NCBI RefSeq assembly: GCF_004010195.1
Contig: NC_057720.1
Location: 34,387,453-34,451,452 of the forward strand
DNA: 64,000 nucleotides
Reading direction: 5' to 3'
Source: Chiloscyllium plagiosum
Lineage: Eukaryota
Under the pieces are notes generated by a model. It saw nothing but the letters and a program-made list of their open reading frames with translations, searched no databases and had not been told where the DNA came from. Of this stretch, positions 49,501 through 62,065 are shown piece by piece. Each line of letters opens with the position of its first letter. Position 1 is the first letter of the stretch. Both the position numbers and the translations under genes were made by a program.

Positions 49501-49749
49501 TCTGCGTACAGTCTTCAATTTCCATCAACAAAAGTGGCTCATCAACACACTACAGACCAAACTGGTCAAATCCTAAAGGACTTAGCAGTCCTACCTGCCT
49601 GCTAGAATTGGTCTACTGCAGGTAGTGAGATAACTAACAAAAGGCAAAAACATACTTTACCTCATCCTCACTAATCTGTGAACAGGTTTCTGTTGTGAGT
49701 CTTCATGGGACTTAGCAGGCCAAATCTCAACCCACAGAGATCATCCATC

Positions 49750-50015
49750 AACTGAGTGATAAGGAACAATTGGTCAGGACATTGGGAATATCTTCCATGT
49801 TTTTCTTCAAAATAGTGCAATGGGATCTTTTATACCCATTCAAGAGAACAGACAAACTTCACCTTAACATCATATCAAAAAGAGGATAGCTCCACCAATG
49901 TAGATCTGCCCCAGGAATGAACTAGAGTGCCAATCTTGACTTTGACATTGATGTCTTTAAGTTTGACCTGAACTTATAATCTTTTGTCTCAGAGGTGACA
50001 GTGCTACCAACTGGT
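49750..50015 (-). mobile_element. Old Deu-SINE-like element
   Basis: TTCTTCAAAATAGTGCAATGGGATCTTTT central motif plus Pol III-like head on minus (CAGTTGGTAGCACTGTCACCTCTGAG). Confidence 0.55.
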
Positions 50016-52307
50016 TGATACACAAACCTGAATTGTCGGCCCAGCCTATGTATAAATGATAGGTAATGAAAAGAGAAATACTTAGCAAGATCAATGAAGA
50101 CAGAAGCAGAGCTGACATGTCAGATCAATGAACTTCCATCAAAATGAAAGCAAAGTACAGAAGGAGCTGGAGAAACTCAGCAAGTCTGGTAGCATCAATG
50201 GAGAAAGAAACAGAGTTAAAGTTTTGAGTCCAAAATGTCTTCTCTTTTGAAGATCTAGATGAAAAGACTTCTCCAACAGTGCAGCACTGTGTTCTTGGAC
50301 TATCAGGCTTGAATTTGTCCTCAAGCTCTGGAATACTGGGCTGGGAAAATAAACTTTCTGATAACAGATCATCAGCTTGAACTGTTAATTCAGATTTTCT
50401 CATCATGGAATTCATGGTGGCCAAGTTTGTGTTCTTTGAGGTAGCCCCTAATTGAAAATAGAAAGTGAAAGGCAAAACAGAGAAAAGAAACTGGAATTAA
50501 GAATCTAATGATGACCATGAATCCATTGTCATTTGTCGGAAAACCCATCTGGTTCACTAATGTCCTTTAACTGCCATCCTTATCTGTTCTGGCCTGCATG
50601 TGACTCCAGACCCATAACAATGTGGTTGACTCTTAACTTCCATCTGGGTAATTAGGGATGGCAATAAATACTGCCTAGCCAGCAACACCCTCATCACATG
50701 AATGAATAAAGAAAAATATCTAACCTCTCCAATCTCTAAGATAGCAAAAACTGAAATCTAAATAACCCAAAACTTCAGGCTGAAATTGGCTGAGGCCAAG
50801 TAAATCATCCAAGCTCACTAAAAGTGGTCTGTGAGTCTAGTGGTTCAATACAAGCCAAGTGACCAAGAGAGTTCAGCTCCAGAAACTGAGAATAAGTTGC
50901 TGCAGCTGTTTCTTACTAGTTGATCTACGACATTCAGACCACGTTTCAGAGGTTCTACAAGCATATGCCATTTGTATTGGAGACTGTGCCTGTGGAATAT
51001 TCGGGTTGGCTTGTGATCAGGCTACATTGTAGAAGGAGTAAAGCTAAAATCCTTCTTCAGGATGACAAGAGTCTGAGGGGACTTTGTGACCAAGTTTGAT
51101 GACCTACTGGCTGTGTGAACTGCTGAGTAAATTTGTAAGATTTGTCTTAAATACATTTGCCATTTAATGTGTAATTCATAATTGACAATCAACAACAATT
51201 TGTCTGTTAATATATGTTCAACTTACGTATATTCCGAACGCTGGTGTATCGGAGGTCATCACAGATAATATTTAATATTTGCCTTGTCTGTCTCTGATAT
51301 GGCAAAAAAAATCTTCTCTTCCAAACCATGTAACATTATCGCTTAGTTCTGATCGCAAATAGCTTAGTTCTGGATTTAATTTTTTGAAAAACAGTTTCTG
51401 AACTCTACTGAAATTGTAGCATTCTCCACAGATACTGACTTGTTGCATATTTCCATTTTATTTCAAATTCTTAACATCTGGAGTGTTTTGCCTTTGTGTA
51501 TGTAATGGATACTGCTGAAAATTTTGATTTATGAAAACATTTGCCAGTGAATGCACTTCAAAAGTAATTTGTTGTCTGATTGATTGGGCAAGCATTAATA
51601 ATATGTTTCGTTTTAGCAAATGTTATAACATCCTAACATTGGTTGTGGACGTGGAGCTAAGAAAGCTGAAAGCAAACATCTGCCATAAACAAATTCTGAT
51701 AACCAAATGATTTTAGTAAATCAGTTCCATTATCTGTAAGCGTTATGCAAACCTCAGGATGCTTCTTTTTGAGAAATTTGAATTACTAATTATACTAACT
51801 TCTTTCTGAAACCTGGTATCTATCTACCAGGAAAAGAAGAAATCCAACGAGGCCTAACCTGACATTGGGAGTATCTCATTCCAACTTTCATGCTTTTAAC
51901 AAGCAGTGAAGTGAGTTTCTTACTATGTAGTGATGAGTTGCCAATTAGGGGATTATTGCTTGTTAAATGTATTTTTAATTACCCAACTCGCCTCATTGAT
52001 ATCCAGCTTCCTATCTTAACAAATGGACCCAACAAACTGGACACCAAGAATTCTCTACTTGGAAGTGAGAGCAGGTACCCGACAACTTCAGCTCACTGCT
52101 TGCTCCAAAAGACCTCTGCTGTAGACACCAGGCACAAACATCTCAGGACATGCTCCATGGGCACTGGCCATGTACTCCTCATAAGCCACTCCTCACTGGC
52201 ATCCAATATGTGCCAGCCACTAAGAATGCTTATGGCACATCTCCAATCCAGTTACAGGATGCTTCTACACTTCAACACGTTATCTTGAGCTGCAGTTGCA
52301 ATAATAT

Positions 52308-52452
52308 TGTAATCAAAAAACCAAAGAACTACAGATGCTGGAAATCAGAAACATAATCAGAAATTGCTGGAAGAACTCAGCAGATCTGGTAGTATCTGTG
52401 GAGAGAAAGCAGACTTAATATTCTGGGTGCAGTGACCCTTCTTCAGAACGGT
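52308..52452 (-). mobile_element. Decayed PLE terminus (similar pieces ~50140-50275 and ~56230-56330)
   Basis: ACAGATGCTGGAAATC...GAACTCAGCAG...GACCCTTCTTCAG; degenerate ribozyme core. Confidence 0.65.
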
Positions 52453-53267
52453 TCTGGAAAAGATGTTCTGAACATGTTCTGAAGCATGGCCTCTATTATT
52501 GTAATGTTCAATTGTAATGTTGTCTGAGTGTACAACAGGCTTTAAAGGTAGTGCAAGCACAAGGGATGCCAGTTAATTCTGTGATATTTTGGCGGCGATG
52601 CACAGGAGGATGGGGCTGGAATTGGACAGGAAGGAAGCCGTTAAGAGCAGCGTTGTGAGTTAGTAAGGACAGCTTGATAAGATATAGCAAGAGCACTCAA
52701 TCAGCCTTACACGACAACCCCTCTGAAAAGCTCCACACAGCTCACACTTAGCCAAAAAAATTAAGATTCAGCTTGGGAAGTTCCTAAACTTTTACTTGTG
52801 TACTGAAAAGCTCAGGTTTCCCTCTGGACCAGAACTAACAATGGGGCTAAATGTAATCAGGTTGCCATTGGCACTAATGTCAATTGAAGGTCATGAGGCA
52901 TATAGTTGAGTGATAGGTTCATAACCTATTCCATACCCAAATCTGCCATTCAGTCATCAAACTGAATATGCTACAGATTTTTAATATGGTCCAATATTTT
53001 AGTATTTTACACTCAATTTTTGCAGTATTGATTTTTCGCATTTAATTAGCAGCTTCTGGAGATAGGATCCTTCTGAACAGACCACTTCACTTGCTGATTG
53101 TGAAGGACAATATGAAGAGACACCAGAGTAAGGTTGGTGCCTACATGGTCTTGCCACTGTTTGCCTAACCCTAACCCAACCACAGAGAGTCCACTCCAAG
53201 TAGTCCTGAAGCATCCACTTTCAACATGCCGCTGTGTAGTTCAGTGAAATAGTCAAACCTCATACGT

Positions 53268-53615
53268 GGGGCAGTGAGGTGGCTCAGTGGTTAGCACTGC
53301 AGCCTCACAGTGCAAGGGATCAGTGTTTGATTCCTGCCTTGGATTACCTGCACATTCTCCCAGTGTCTGCATGGGTTTCCTCCAGATGCCCTGGTTTCTT
53401 CTCAAAATCCAAGACTGTGCAGGTTATGTGAATTAGCTATGCTAAATTTCCATCGTGTTCAGGTATATGTAAGTTAGGTGCATTTGTATGGGGTAAATGT
53501 AGAGTAATAGGGTAGGGGAGTGGGTCTGAGTGGGTTAACTCTTTGGAGGGTCAGTGTGGACTTGTTGGGCCAAAGGGGCTCATTCTATTCTGTAGGGATT
53601 CTATGATTCTATGAT
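53268..53615 (+). mobile_element. HE1-type SINE, older, ATTCTATG tail
   Basis: GGTGGCTCAGTGGTTAGCACTGC head and conserved body. Confidence 0.88.
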
Positions 53616-55034
53616 GGGTGCTAAAACACGACTCCTCCACAGTCATTGCCACACTTGGAAATGATACATGGGAAAAATTCAAATTGCTGTATTAAATGCT
53701 TGAGGTCACATATGAGACTCAATTGAACAATGAGCTAATTCTCCTGTACCTTTTAAATTGTGCTCCCTCCTCCATATCACTTACTGTACCTGCTTGGCAG
53801 ATTCATTTGTGCTGCTATTCACCAGTGTCGTAGAGCAAGAATCAGGTAATGTGAGGTGATGGGAGCCAAAGCAAACTTTGACCCTTAGGGTCTCCTTCCC
53901 ATGGTTATTTTTCAGATAAAAACAAGACATCTCTCTAATTGCAGTTTACATCGTGTGTTATACTACAATGGACAGCATAAATAAATAGAGGAGAGAAAGA
54001 TTAGCAAATAATGTTATATTGCTGGTCAACTTAGAGAATCCTCCAATTTAATATTTTTCTACTTCTTCTATTGCCTTAAGCATAGAAAATGAAAATCTTC
54101 CTCATGTAAAGATAATGGGCAGTAGTAGTATGGCCTCTGTCCAATGCTTCTGGCTGATGTATGAAGGTTTTTAATACCAGAAACACATAAATCTCAAATA
54201 TGTTGGAATCTGGAAGCGCAGAATAAATGCTGAACCTACAAAACCATTTTTTCTGATAAGCCATGAGGCAGTTGTACTGACAGGAAGCTTGGTGGCCCTA
54301 ACTTGTAGGAACTTGACAACAAAGTGAAAGGTGCAGCCAAAGCTTTACGAACACTATTCCAATTATCTTGGCAATCACTTTACCGATACGGGTCTTTATT
54401 ATGATTCATTAATTAAATATTACAAAACTCAGAACTGTATCTCAAATGAAGCAATCTTACTCTAATAGCTTCTTGATACCTATTCAGCAGCTATCACCAG
54501 GGCTTTCAATTTGGCATATACATCATTTTCTTTAAATGTGAGTAGCAATCCTCCTTAAAACATTATGCAGAGTCAATTGAACCCATAAAGCAAAAACTGG
54601 CGATCATTAGCATGACAACTTTCATTGAACCTCAATTTTCACTTTAAATGCTTACATAATGCATAGAATTTGTAGGCCAATGCTTTTGGGTTTTATTCAG
54701 CTTTAAAGAGAACACAGTCTGTTTGTTTTGTGGGTTATTAAGCTTTTTGCTCATGGCAACCCAGCTGTTTGATAAAGAAAATTCTTGTCACTTTGAAATC
54801 CTGTGTGGAAAGAAGTGCAATGGAAGCAAATGAAGCACAAATCAAACAGAAAACATGAGGACATCCAGATTTCATGGAACATATGGGTCCAAGCTGGGCT
54901 CTTGATGCTGCTGGAGGCAGCCCACCTGACCACACATCTCCATCAGATGTCCTGTTCAAACATGTACAATCATTTGCTCACTGTTCCAAGCACTACAGAA
55001 TACTTCATCCATAATATTATCTACAGAATTTTAT

Positions 55035-55366
55035 CTAATTTTAGACAAAGTCTTTTCCCCCTGGAGGGTGGGGTGCAGAACTACAGTGTATAAGTTTTGG
55101 GTGAGAGGGGAAAGGAGAAATGTGTAAAAGAGACCTAAGGGGCAATGTTTTCACACAGAGGGTGGTACGTGAATGGAATGAGCTGCCGGAGGAAGTGGTG
55201 GAGGCTGGTACAATTGCAACATCCAAAAGGCATCTGGATGGGTATATGATTAGGAAGGGTTTGGAGGGATTTGGACTGGGTGCTGGCAGGTGGGACTAGA
55301 TTGGGTTGGGATATCTTGTCAGCATGGACCAAAGGGTCTGTTTCCATGCTGTATATCTCTATGACT
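55035..55366 (+). mobile_element. CR1 (HER1-like) 3' fragment
   Basis: CACAGAGGGTGGTACGTGAATGGAATGAGCTGCC...GGGTCTGTTTCCATGCTGTA, CTCTATGAC. Confidence 0.9.
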
Positions 55367-57179
55367 TAGAAAGGAAAGTGTTTAACTATTATGTAATTAT
55401 TAAATTATATATTTTACTCCTCCAAATCTTTAAAGATGTTCTGTTCTGTGAGAGAGTACCCTTAATACAAAATGTAGCAATCTCTTCCTCAAAGGCCATC
55501 AATTAAAAAATGTAAAGGGGCTGCCTTTTAGGAGAAACCATTATTTTTGCTTAATTATTAATTATACCAGACCTTTATTCTTTCTCATTCGAAGGTTAAG
55601 GTGTGCCATATTTTTGTTCAACTAATGTTGACTATGGAAGCCCTCAAGTGCAAACTGTAATGATATGACTGCTTGTTGCTGAAATTTCATCCACCTCAAT
55701 GAGGCTGTTAGACTGATGGCAGCTGGTTCCACATTACACAGTCAAGAGTTGCTGCACAGCAGGCAACTATTGGAAAGGGCACCATGGTAAACTTGCAAGG
55801 GACTGCTTAAAGTGAATGAGGATCACTGATTACTGAGCTCCTCTGGGATCACTGACGTTCTGATAGGTTAATGTCATCCAGGTAGCCGTTGAGGATGTCC
55901 TGTTCTGATGTAAGTTAATACATTTGGGACCCCGTGTCTGTTTTTTACCCTTCATTGAATTCCATGTTGCTGCAATGCTTAATAAAGAGCCAAGTATCTA
56001 TGTTGACACAATAAAGACCAGTATATTGTCGACCTCCTAGAGACATGGTCAGATCCAAGTATATTAGTGGTGGGTTTCAAACGCTAGTTCATTAAAGAGT
56101 TTTTCACTGATCAATTTACGGTTTTGGTGGAGGCAAAAATCAAGAGCTCCACTTGATCTGAAATCTCAGATCTCACAGCTATGAATCGCAACTTCCCATT
56201 TTAAAAATATTATGGATGATGGAAATCTTTAATAAAATTCTCTAAATGCTCAGTGGATCTTGCAGCATCAGCAGAGAGAAAAAAAAGTTAGCCTTTTACA
56301 TCTGTGAACATTCATCAGAACTGGGAAAAGTTAAAAATGTAATTGAACAAATTAACAGAGGGAGGATTAGAAGATGAATAAAAGGGAGGGTGCGTGTTTG
56401 CATGCAGGGCAGGAACAATGAACAGGTAGTTTTCTTGGTTCAAAGCCAAAAGAAGTGATAGTGGGCCAAGTAAAGACATTTACAGAAAAGACGTATCTAA
56501 ACAAAAAAATTGGAAATGAAGAAACAAAATCAAACCAGCAAAGATATACAAAACAAAATGGGGAACATTGCAGCATGCCAAGTTCAAGAAGGTTAGAATG
56601 AAAGCAAAGTGCATAATTAAAATGACAGGTAACTAGAAGCTTGGGGTCACGCTTTCAAACTGAACAAAAATGTTCCTCAAAGGAATCATCAAATCAGCAT
56701 TTAATCTCTCCATTCTCAAGAGAGTACATCACAAGTCTACAATAGTGAAATAACTGCATGTATATCACTGTTTCACTTGGAAAGAATTTTTAGTTTCTTA
56801 TACGATTAAAACTGGAGGTAAAAAGATCACATGTTGCATCTCCTATGCTTATAAGGAAAAGTGGTATACAAAGAGATGAGCTGTTGAACGTGACTAAGAA
56901 GTTAATTAAGGTGTGGTGCAGGAAGCTGTCCAAAATGCTTAAAAAGGAGGACAAGATGTGTTTAATAGAGCTGCAAGTGACAGAAGCCCAAACAAACCTT
57001 GGACAAGTCACTTCAGGCCTTTTAGATTCAGTTTTGAGTTTGACGATTTAAGATCAGAGCCTCTGCTGCCTTTTGTTTTATTATTGGTTTGGTTTATCTT
57101 TTGTTTTTTGTTTCCTTCAGTTTGGCTTTGGACAACAACTATAATCTCACTCACATTTCAACTTGATGCATCTTTCTTG

Positions 57180-57881
57180 AACATATGAATTTGGAGCAGA
57201 AGTAGACTATTTGGCCCTTCAAGCCAGCTCCACCATTCAATAAGATATAACTGATCTGTTTATGTTCTGAATTCCACATGTTCAACTATCCTAGCTCCTG
57301 TAACAATAATCTCTGATTTCCTTGTCAAGCGTGAATTTGTCTACCTCCTCCATAAAATATTCAATCACCCCTCCTTCACAACCTTCTAACGCAGAGAGTT
57401 TGAAGTCACACAAGTGAGAAATCATTTCCCCTCACCTCTAATCTAAAAGGGCAACTGCCTAATTTTAGAATGGTGTTGACTACTTATGGACTCACCCACA
57501 ACAGGAAACATTCCTTCCATGTCCAATTGAGACAGTCATAGAGATGTCAGCATGGAAACAGACCCTTCAGTCCAACTTGTCCATGCCGACCAGATATCTT
57601 AAACTAATCTAGTCCTATTTGCCTCATATGGCCCATATCCCTCTAAACCCTTTCTATTCATATACCCACCGACATGCCTTTTAAATGTTGTAATTGAACC
57701 AGTCTTTACTACTTTCTCAGGAGGATCATTCCATACATGCACCACATTCTGCATGAAAAGATTGCCCCTTGGATCCCTTTTAAATCTTTCCCATCTCACT
57801 TTGAACCTACGCTCTCTAGTATTGGACTCCTCCAGTCCAGGGAAAAGACTTTGGCTATTCACCTTATCTATGCACCCCATG
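57180..57881 (-). mobile_element. Two adjacent CR1 3' fragments (57180-57525 old; 57535-57881 HER1-like)
   Basis: RGNLFMQNVVHVWND motif and characteristic tails. Confidence 0.82.
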
Positions 57882-58110
57882 AGTTAGCTCAGTTGGCTAA
57901 ATGATTGGTTTAGCCATTTGGCATTTTGCAGAGTAATGCCAACAGCATGAGCTCAATTCCTGTACCAGCTGTGGTTGCCATGAAGGGCTCTCCCTCTTAA
58001 CTTTGCCCCTTGCTGGAGCTGTAGTACCTCTCAGCTTAAACCACCACCAGTTATGTCTCTCTCTAATTAGAGAGCAATAGTGTGATATGACTATGGTGAC
58101 TTTACCTTTT
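57882..58110 (+). mobile_element. tRNA-derived SINE distinct from HE1 (second copy 61853-62065, minus)
   Basis: TAGCTCAGTTGG A box, GAGCTCAATTCC B-box-like, TTAAACCACCAC core, ACTTTACCTTT tail; reverse-complement match at 61.9 kb. Confidence 0.75.
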
Positions 58111-58411
58111 TGCTTTTAATGTTTACTCGTGCCATTATTACTTCCTTGGGAATTACATGATGAAAACTTCTGTTATTTAATCTCTTCTAGATTTCAGTTT
58201 ATCAAAGACCTCCAGTTTACCTTTTTGCTCTTCTTCCCACCTTTCCTTCTTTCATATGCTTACTCTGTGCTACATAACTAATATTACTCTGTTCTAATGA
58301 AAGGTTGATGATGTTTATAATGCAGTTGCTGTCTCCACAGATGGTGTCAGACTTTGCAGAGCATTTGTGTTTACTTAACAATTTCTCTAGGTAGGCAAGG
58401 TAGAAAGAGGA

Positions 58412-58545
58412 AAGGAGGCAATGAGGTCTGCAGATGCTGGAGATCAGAATTGAGATTATGTTGCTGGAAAAGCACAGCAGGTCAGGCAGCATCCAAGGAA
58501 CAGGAAAATCGACATTTCAGGCTAGAGCCCTTCATCAGGAAAGCT
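58412..58545 (-). mobile_element. PLE terminus with hammerhead motif
   Basis: Minus: CUGAUGA-A-GGGC-UCUA-GCCU-GAAA-U-GUC-GAUUUU (core at 58532-58538). Confidence 0.8.
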
Positions 58546-59987
58546 TAACAGGTTGAACTTTTCTTCATAATGTATGTCCTTCATCCCAGGAATCAGTTGA
58601 ATTCTCTGCACACCTCCATGAAACTATAACCTTTTTTTTCCAAATAAGGAGACAGAAGTGTGGACAATAATCCAGATGTGGTATCAGCAAGGCTATCAGC
58701 AAACATCAAGAGCAATGCTGGAAGAAATATCAGGGTGAAAAGAAGCTGGTGGGAGCATAAATACTGGCTTGGACAAGTTTTGTGCCAAACAGGTTCTAAG
58801 ATCTTCTACAAATCTATGAATCCTCCCAGAAGAAGACAACCGTGAAGAATAAAAAATGATAAAATCTGAAGGAAAGTCAATCCATCTTATTTCAGTGCAA
58901 CTTTTGTTCGGCAACTGCACATAACGTTGACATTACATTTCTGTGACTAAGGGGAAATTGCAAGCAGCTCAACTTAATGCATAAATCCTGGCTATAAAAA
59001 TGTATAAACACACATTGTTTCAGTTATGAGGAGAATAATGGATCTAGGCAGAAACTTAATGTTATATGTTTCCACTTAGGACGGAACAATTAATCAAATT
59101 GACTCAATTAATCAAATTTAAAACAATACTGGAAATATCTGGTTATCTGGCAGAATAACATGACAGATGAGACAGATGAACTACTATTTTGGGTGCAACC
59201 TTAGGTGCTTTATGCCAGTCTTTTAGATGTAATAGGTCCCTACTCCATTCCTTTTGATGCAATGTGAGAAAAAAAAGAGAACTCCCTACATCAGATCATC
59301 ATCCACAAATTGACAGCAACACTCCCCTTTTAAGGAGAAACTATATCAAAACGTGAAAGATCTCATGCTGGAAAATGGGGGGCATCAAGTTCGGAACATG
59401 AATCGGTGGGCTTAACCATTTTGCCAACCATTCGAGGGAATATCAATCCCCTTAGCCTAGATAGCTTATTGCTAACCTGTAATGCTGTAACAAACCCAGG
59501 TATTACAGAAACAAATCTATTCAAATTCCATTTCAAGGCCTGTTTCAATCCTGGTCTTCAAGGGTAAGGAGAAATGCTGCAAATTACAATTTCTTTGAAT
59601 ATACAAGATATTTCGCTTTGAATTTCACATCATGCATACATGCACATGCAAACTTTAATTCCTTCAGGATGAATGCTTTGCAAAACCGAATGACTGAAGT
59701 CTTCACGATCATACACAAATGCCTCAGCTGCTGTCATCTGAATCTCATACTGTGCATCTGCCAGTCATTATTTGCTTTCCGGTAAACCAACTGAGACTAC
59801 AAAATTTAAACTAAATATATAAAGTGAATAAATGGACATGTCGTACTGCCCCAGAGGGGAGAAGGCAGACATCTGTTATGTTCCCAGCAGACATGATGGA
59901 CAGAGTAGTACGATCAGCTGAGCATAGACGTCAGCTCTTATGTGTAACAGTCTGAAATAAATCAGATAATTAGATGGCTGTCACATT

Positions 59988-60400
59988 CAACAACAATAAC
60001 AACAACATCTTGCATTCATATAGTTCTTTCAATGTAGGAAAATATTATAAGGAGCTATATAATTGCACCATCAAACAAAATCTGACACCACATCACACGA
60101 GGAGATACTTAGGTCAATGATTCAGAGCTTTCCAGAGAACTGGATTTTCAGGAAGTCATAAAGGAGGAAAGAGAGGTAGACAAGAGAGGTTTAAGGCGCG
60201 AGTTGTAAATCTCGGATTTTTGGTAGCTGAAGCACAGATGTCAGTGATGGAAGCATTAAATTCAAGTAGGAACAAGCAGCCAGAATTGGAAGGCCACATA
60301 TACCACAGGCTGGTGTGGAGGCATGAACCGTGGCCATATTTAAAAATAAGGATGATATTTGTTCAAATAAAGGCAATGAGTTAAAATTCAATTTACTTGA
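59988..60400 (-). mobile_element. Old L2-like 3' fragment
   Basis: (AAC)n tail followed by TTGCATTCATATAG; decayed body. Confidence 0.5.
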
Positions 60401-61852
60401 CAAAATCATGCGATTTGCTCATTACATCTGTCACCAAGTGACAAAGAATTACCCTTGGCTTAGCATCAAATGGCATTCACCAGAAATGTGCGATTAGATG
60501 ACATTAAAACAACTTTGATCTCCATATTACAAAAATAATAGATCAAGGTGCAAAATCTATTTTCAAGGCTAACTCCAGAACTGAGCAATTATAACAGACA
60601 GAAAAAGTTAAAGAAAATATGTTTTAGCTTGTGGAGAGATCAAAACTAGATGTTATAAACATAAGATGATCATCACTAAATCCAGGAAAGAATTCAGGTG
60701 AAACCTCTTTACTCAGAAAGTGCATGCTTTCACATGAAGTAATTAAGGCATTGTTGTGTTTAAGGATGGCAAGAGCATGAAGGAAAAAAGTAGAAAAAAT
60801 GCTGGTAGGGTTAAAGGAAGAAGAGTGGACGAAACTTGTGTGGAAAATACACATCAGTATAAATCACTTGGACCGAATGACCTGTATTGTAAATTGTATA
60901 TATAATTATATCCAATAGGCTTTATGGCTGGTTCCCAAAGACGATTTTACCAAAAGGAATTAAAAAGAACACAATTTTCTCTGAGACTGTAGGAAATTCA
61001 AAACTTCTGGGAAATCAACAGAAATTGTCTTAAAAATTTTCATTGCTGAATGTTGTAAGTTTTGGGAAGCCTTTGCAAAACTGAACACCATGGTTGTATA
61101 AGAGCTCACTGCTGTACACTTTACAGCCAGTTTAGGCATGCAGAAGTGACGCAAGTAAAAATGGGATGAATTGCATCAATATTACGCAAACTCTGTCTAG
61201 TTTGAGTAAGTATCGAGAATAACACTTCAGTGTTTAAATATCTATGTCAACGGCACTGCACGTGATGAGGTACATAGAGACATTTTGTTCTCAATTAACG
61301 ATTAAATTTGAGATGACAGACTGCAAATCAATTTCTGGTTATGGAACCACTCAACCTTGTTATAGTTCACTGAATACGAAGCTTCTTCGTCTTCTAATAC
61401 TGTAGCATCTTTCAATAACTGTCACCACTGATATAGTCACTTGTAAATTGAGTAGATGGAATGGTAAAGGCCAAGCTATTTTTGCTACATAGGATCAGCT
61501 CTCTGGTAGTTTAAGTTATGCAGCGGATGTTGCACAAATTTCAAATGGTTTAATGGGGAATAAGTACAAGTGAATCATAATGGTATTACCCAAATCTTCA
61601 AAAGATCTTGTCTAATTTTCAGTTCATTTGTGTTCATGAACATGAATGGTTTACCATTCAATTCTGTAAGTCTTCCTCATAGGAATAAATCAGCAGCAGC
61701 AATAACTTGAATTTATATCATGTTTAAAATGTAATAAAATGCCCAAAGGTATTTTGCAGCAGCTTTGGAAATCAAAAAATTTACAATGAGCCACTCAAAC
61801 TGATCCAGATCCCCAAAGACTGAGATGTGAACATAGAAAATTTTAGTAAGTG

Positions 61853-62065
61853 AAAGGTAAAGTCAGCATTGTTCCAGAGGACCACTGTCTCATTAGCAAG
61901 AGGCAAGCAGTGGTGGTTTAACCTGGGAGTCACCACACCTCAGCTGAGAGGAGATCTTGAGGAGAGCCCTTCATGGTAACTTCAGCCAGTCTGGGAATTG
62001 AACCCACCTGTTGGTGTTACTCTGCACTGAAAACCAGCTGTCTAGCAAATTAAACTAACCAATCC
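61853..62065 (-). mobile_element. tRNA-derived SINE (same family as 57882)
   Basis: GTGGTGGTTTAACCTG and GGGAATTGAACCC match the reverse complement of the 57.9 kb copy. Confidence 0.72.

Noticed and set aside
59340..59782. Phase-compatible plus-strand two-exon candidate with ~105-bp intron
   Set aside because: Peptide unrecognisable; such signals arise by chance at this scale
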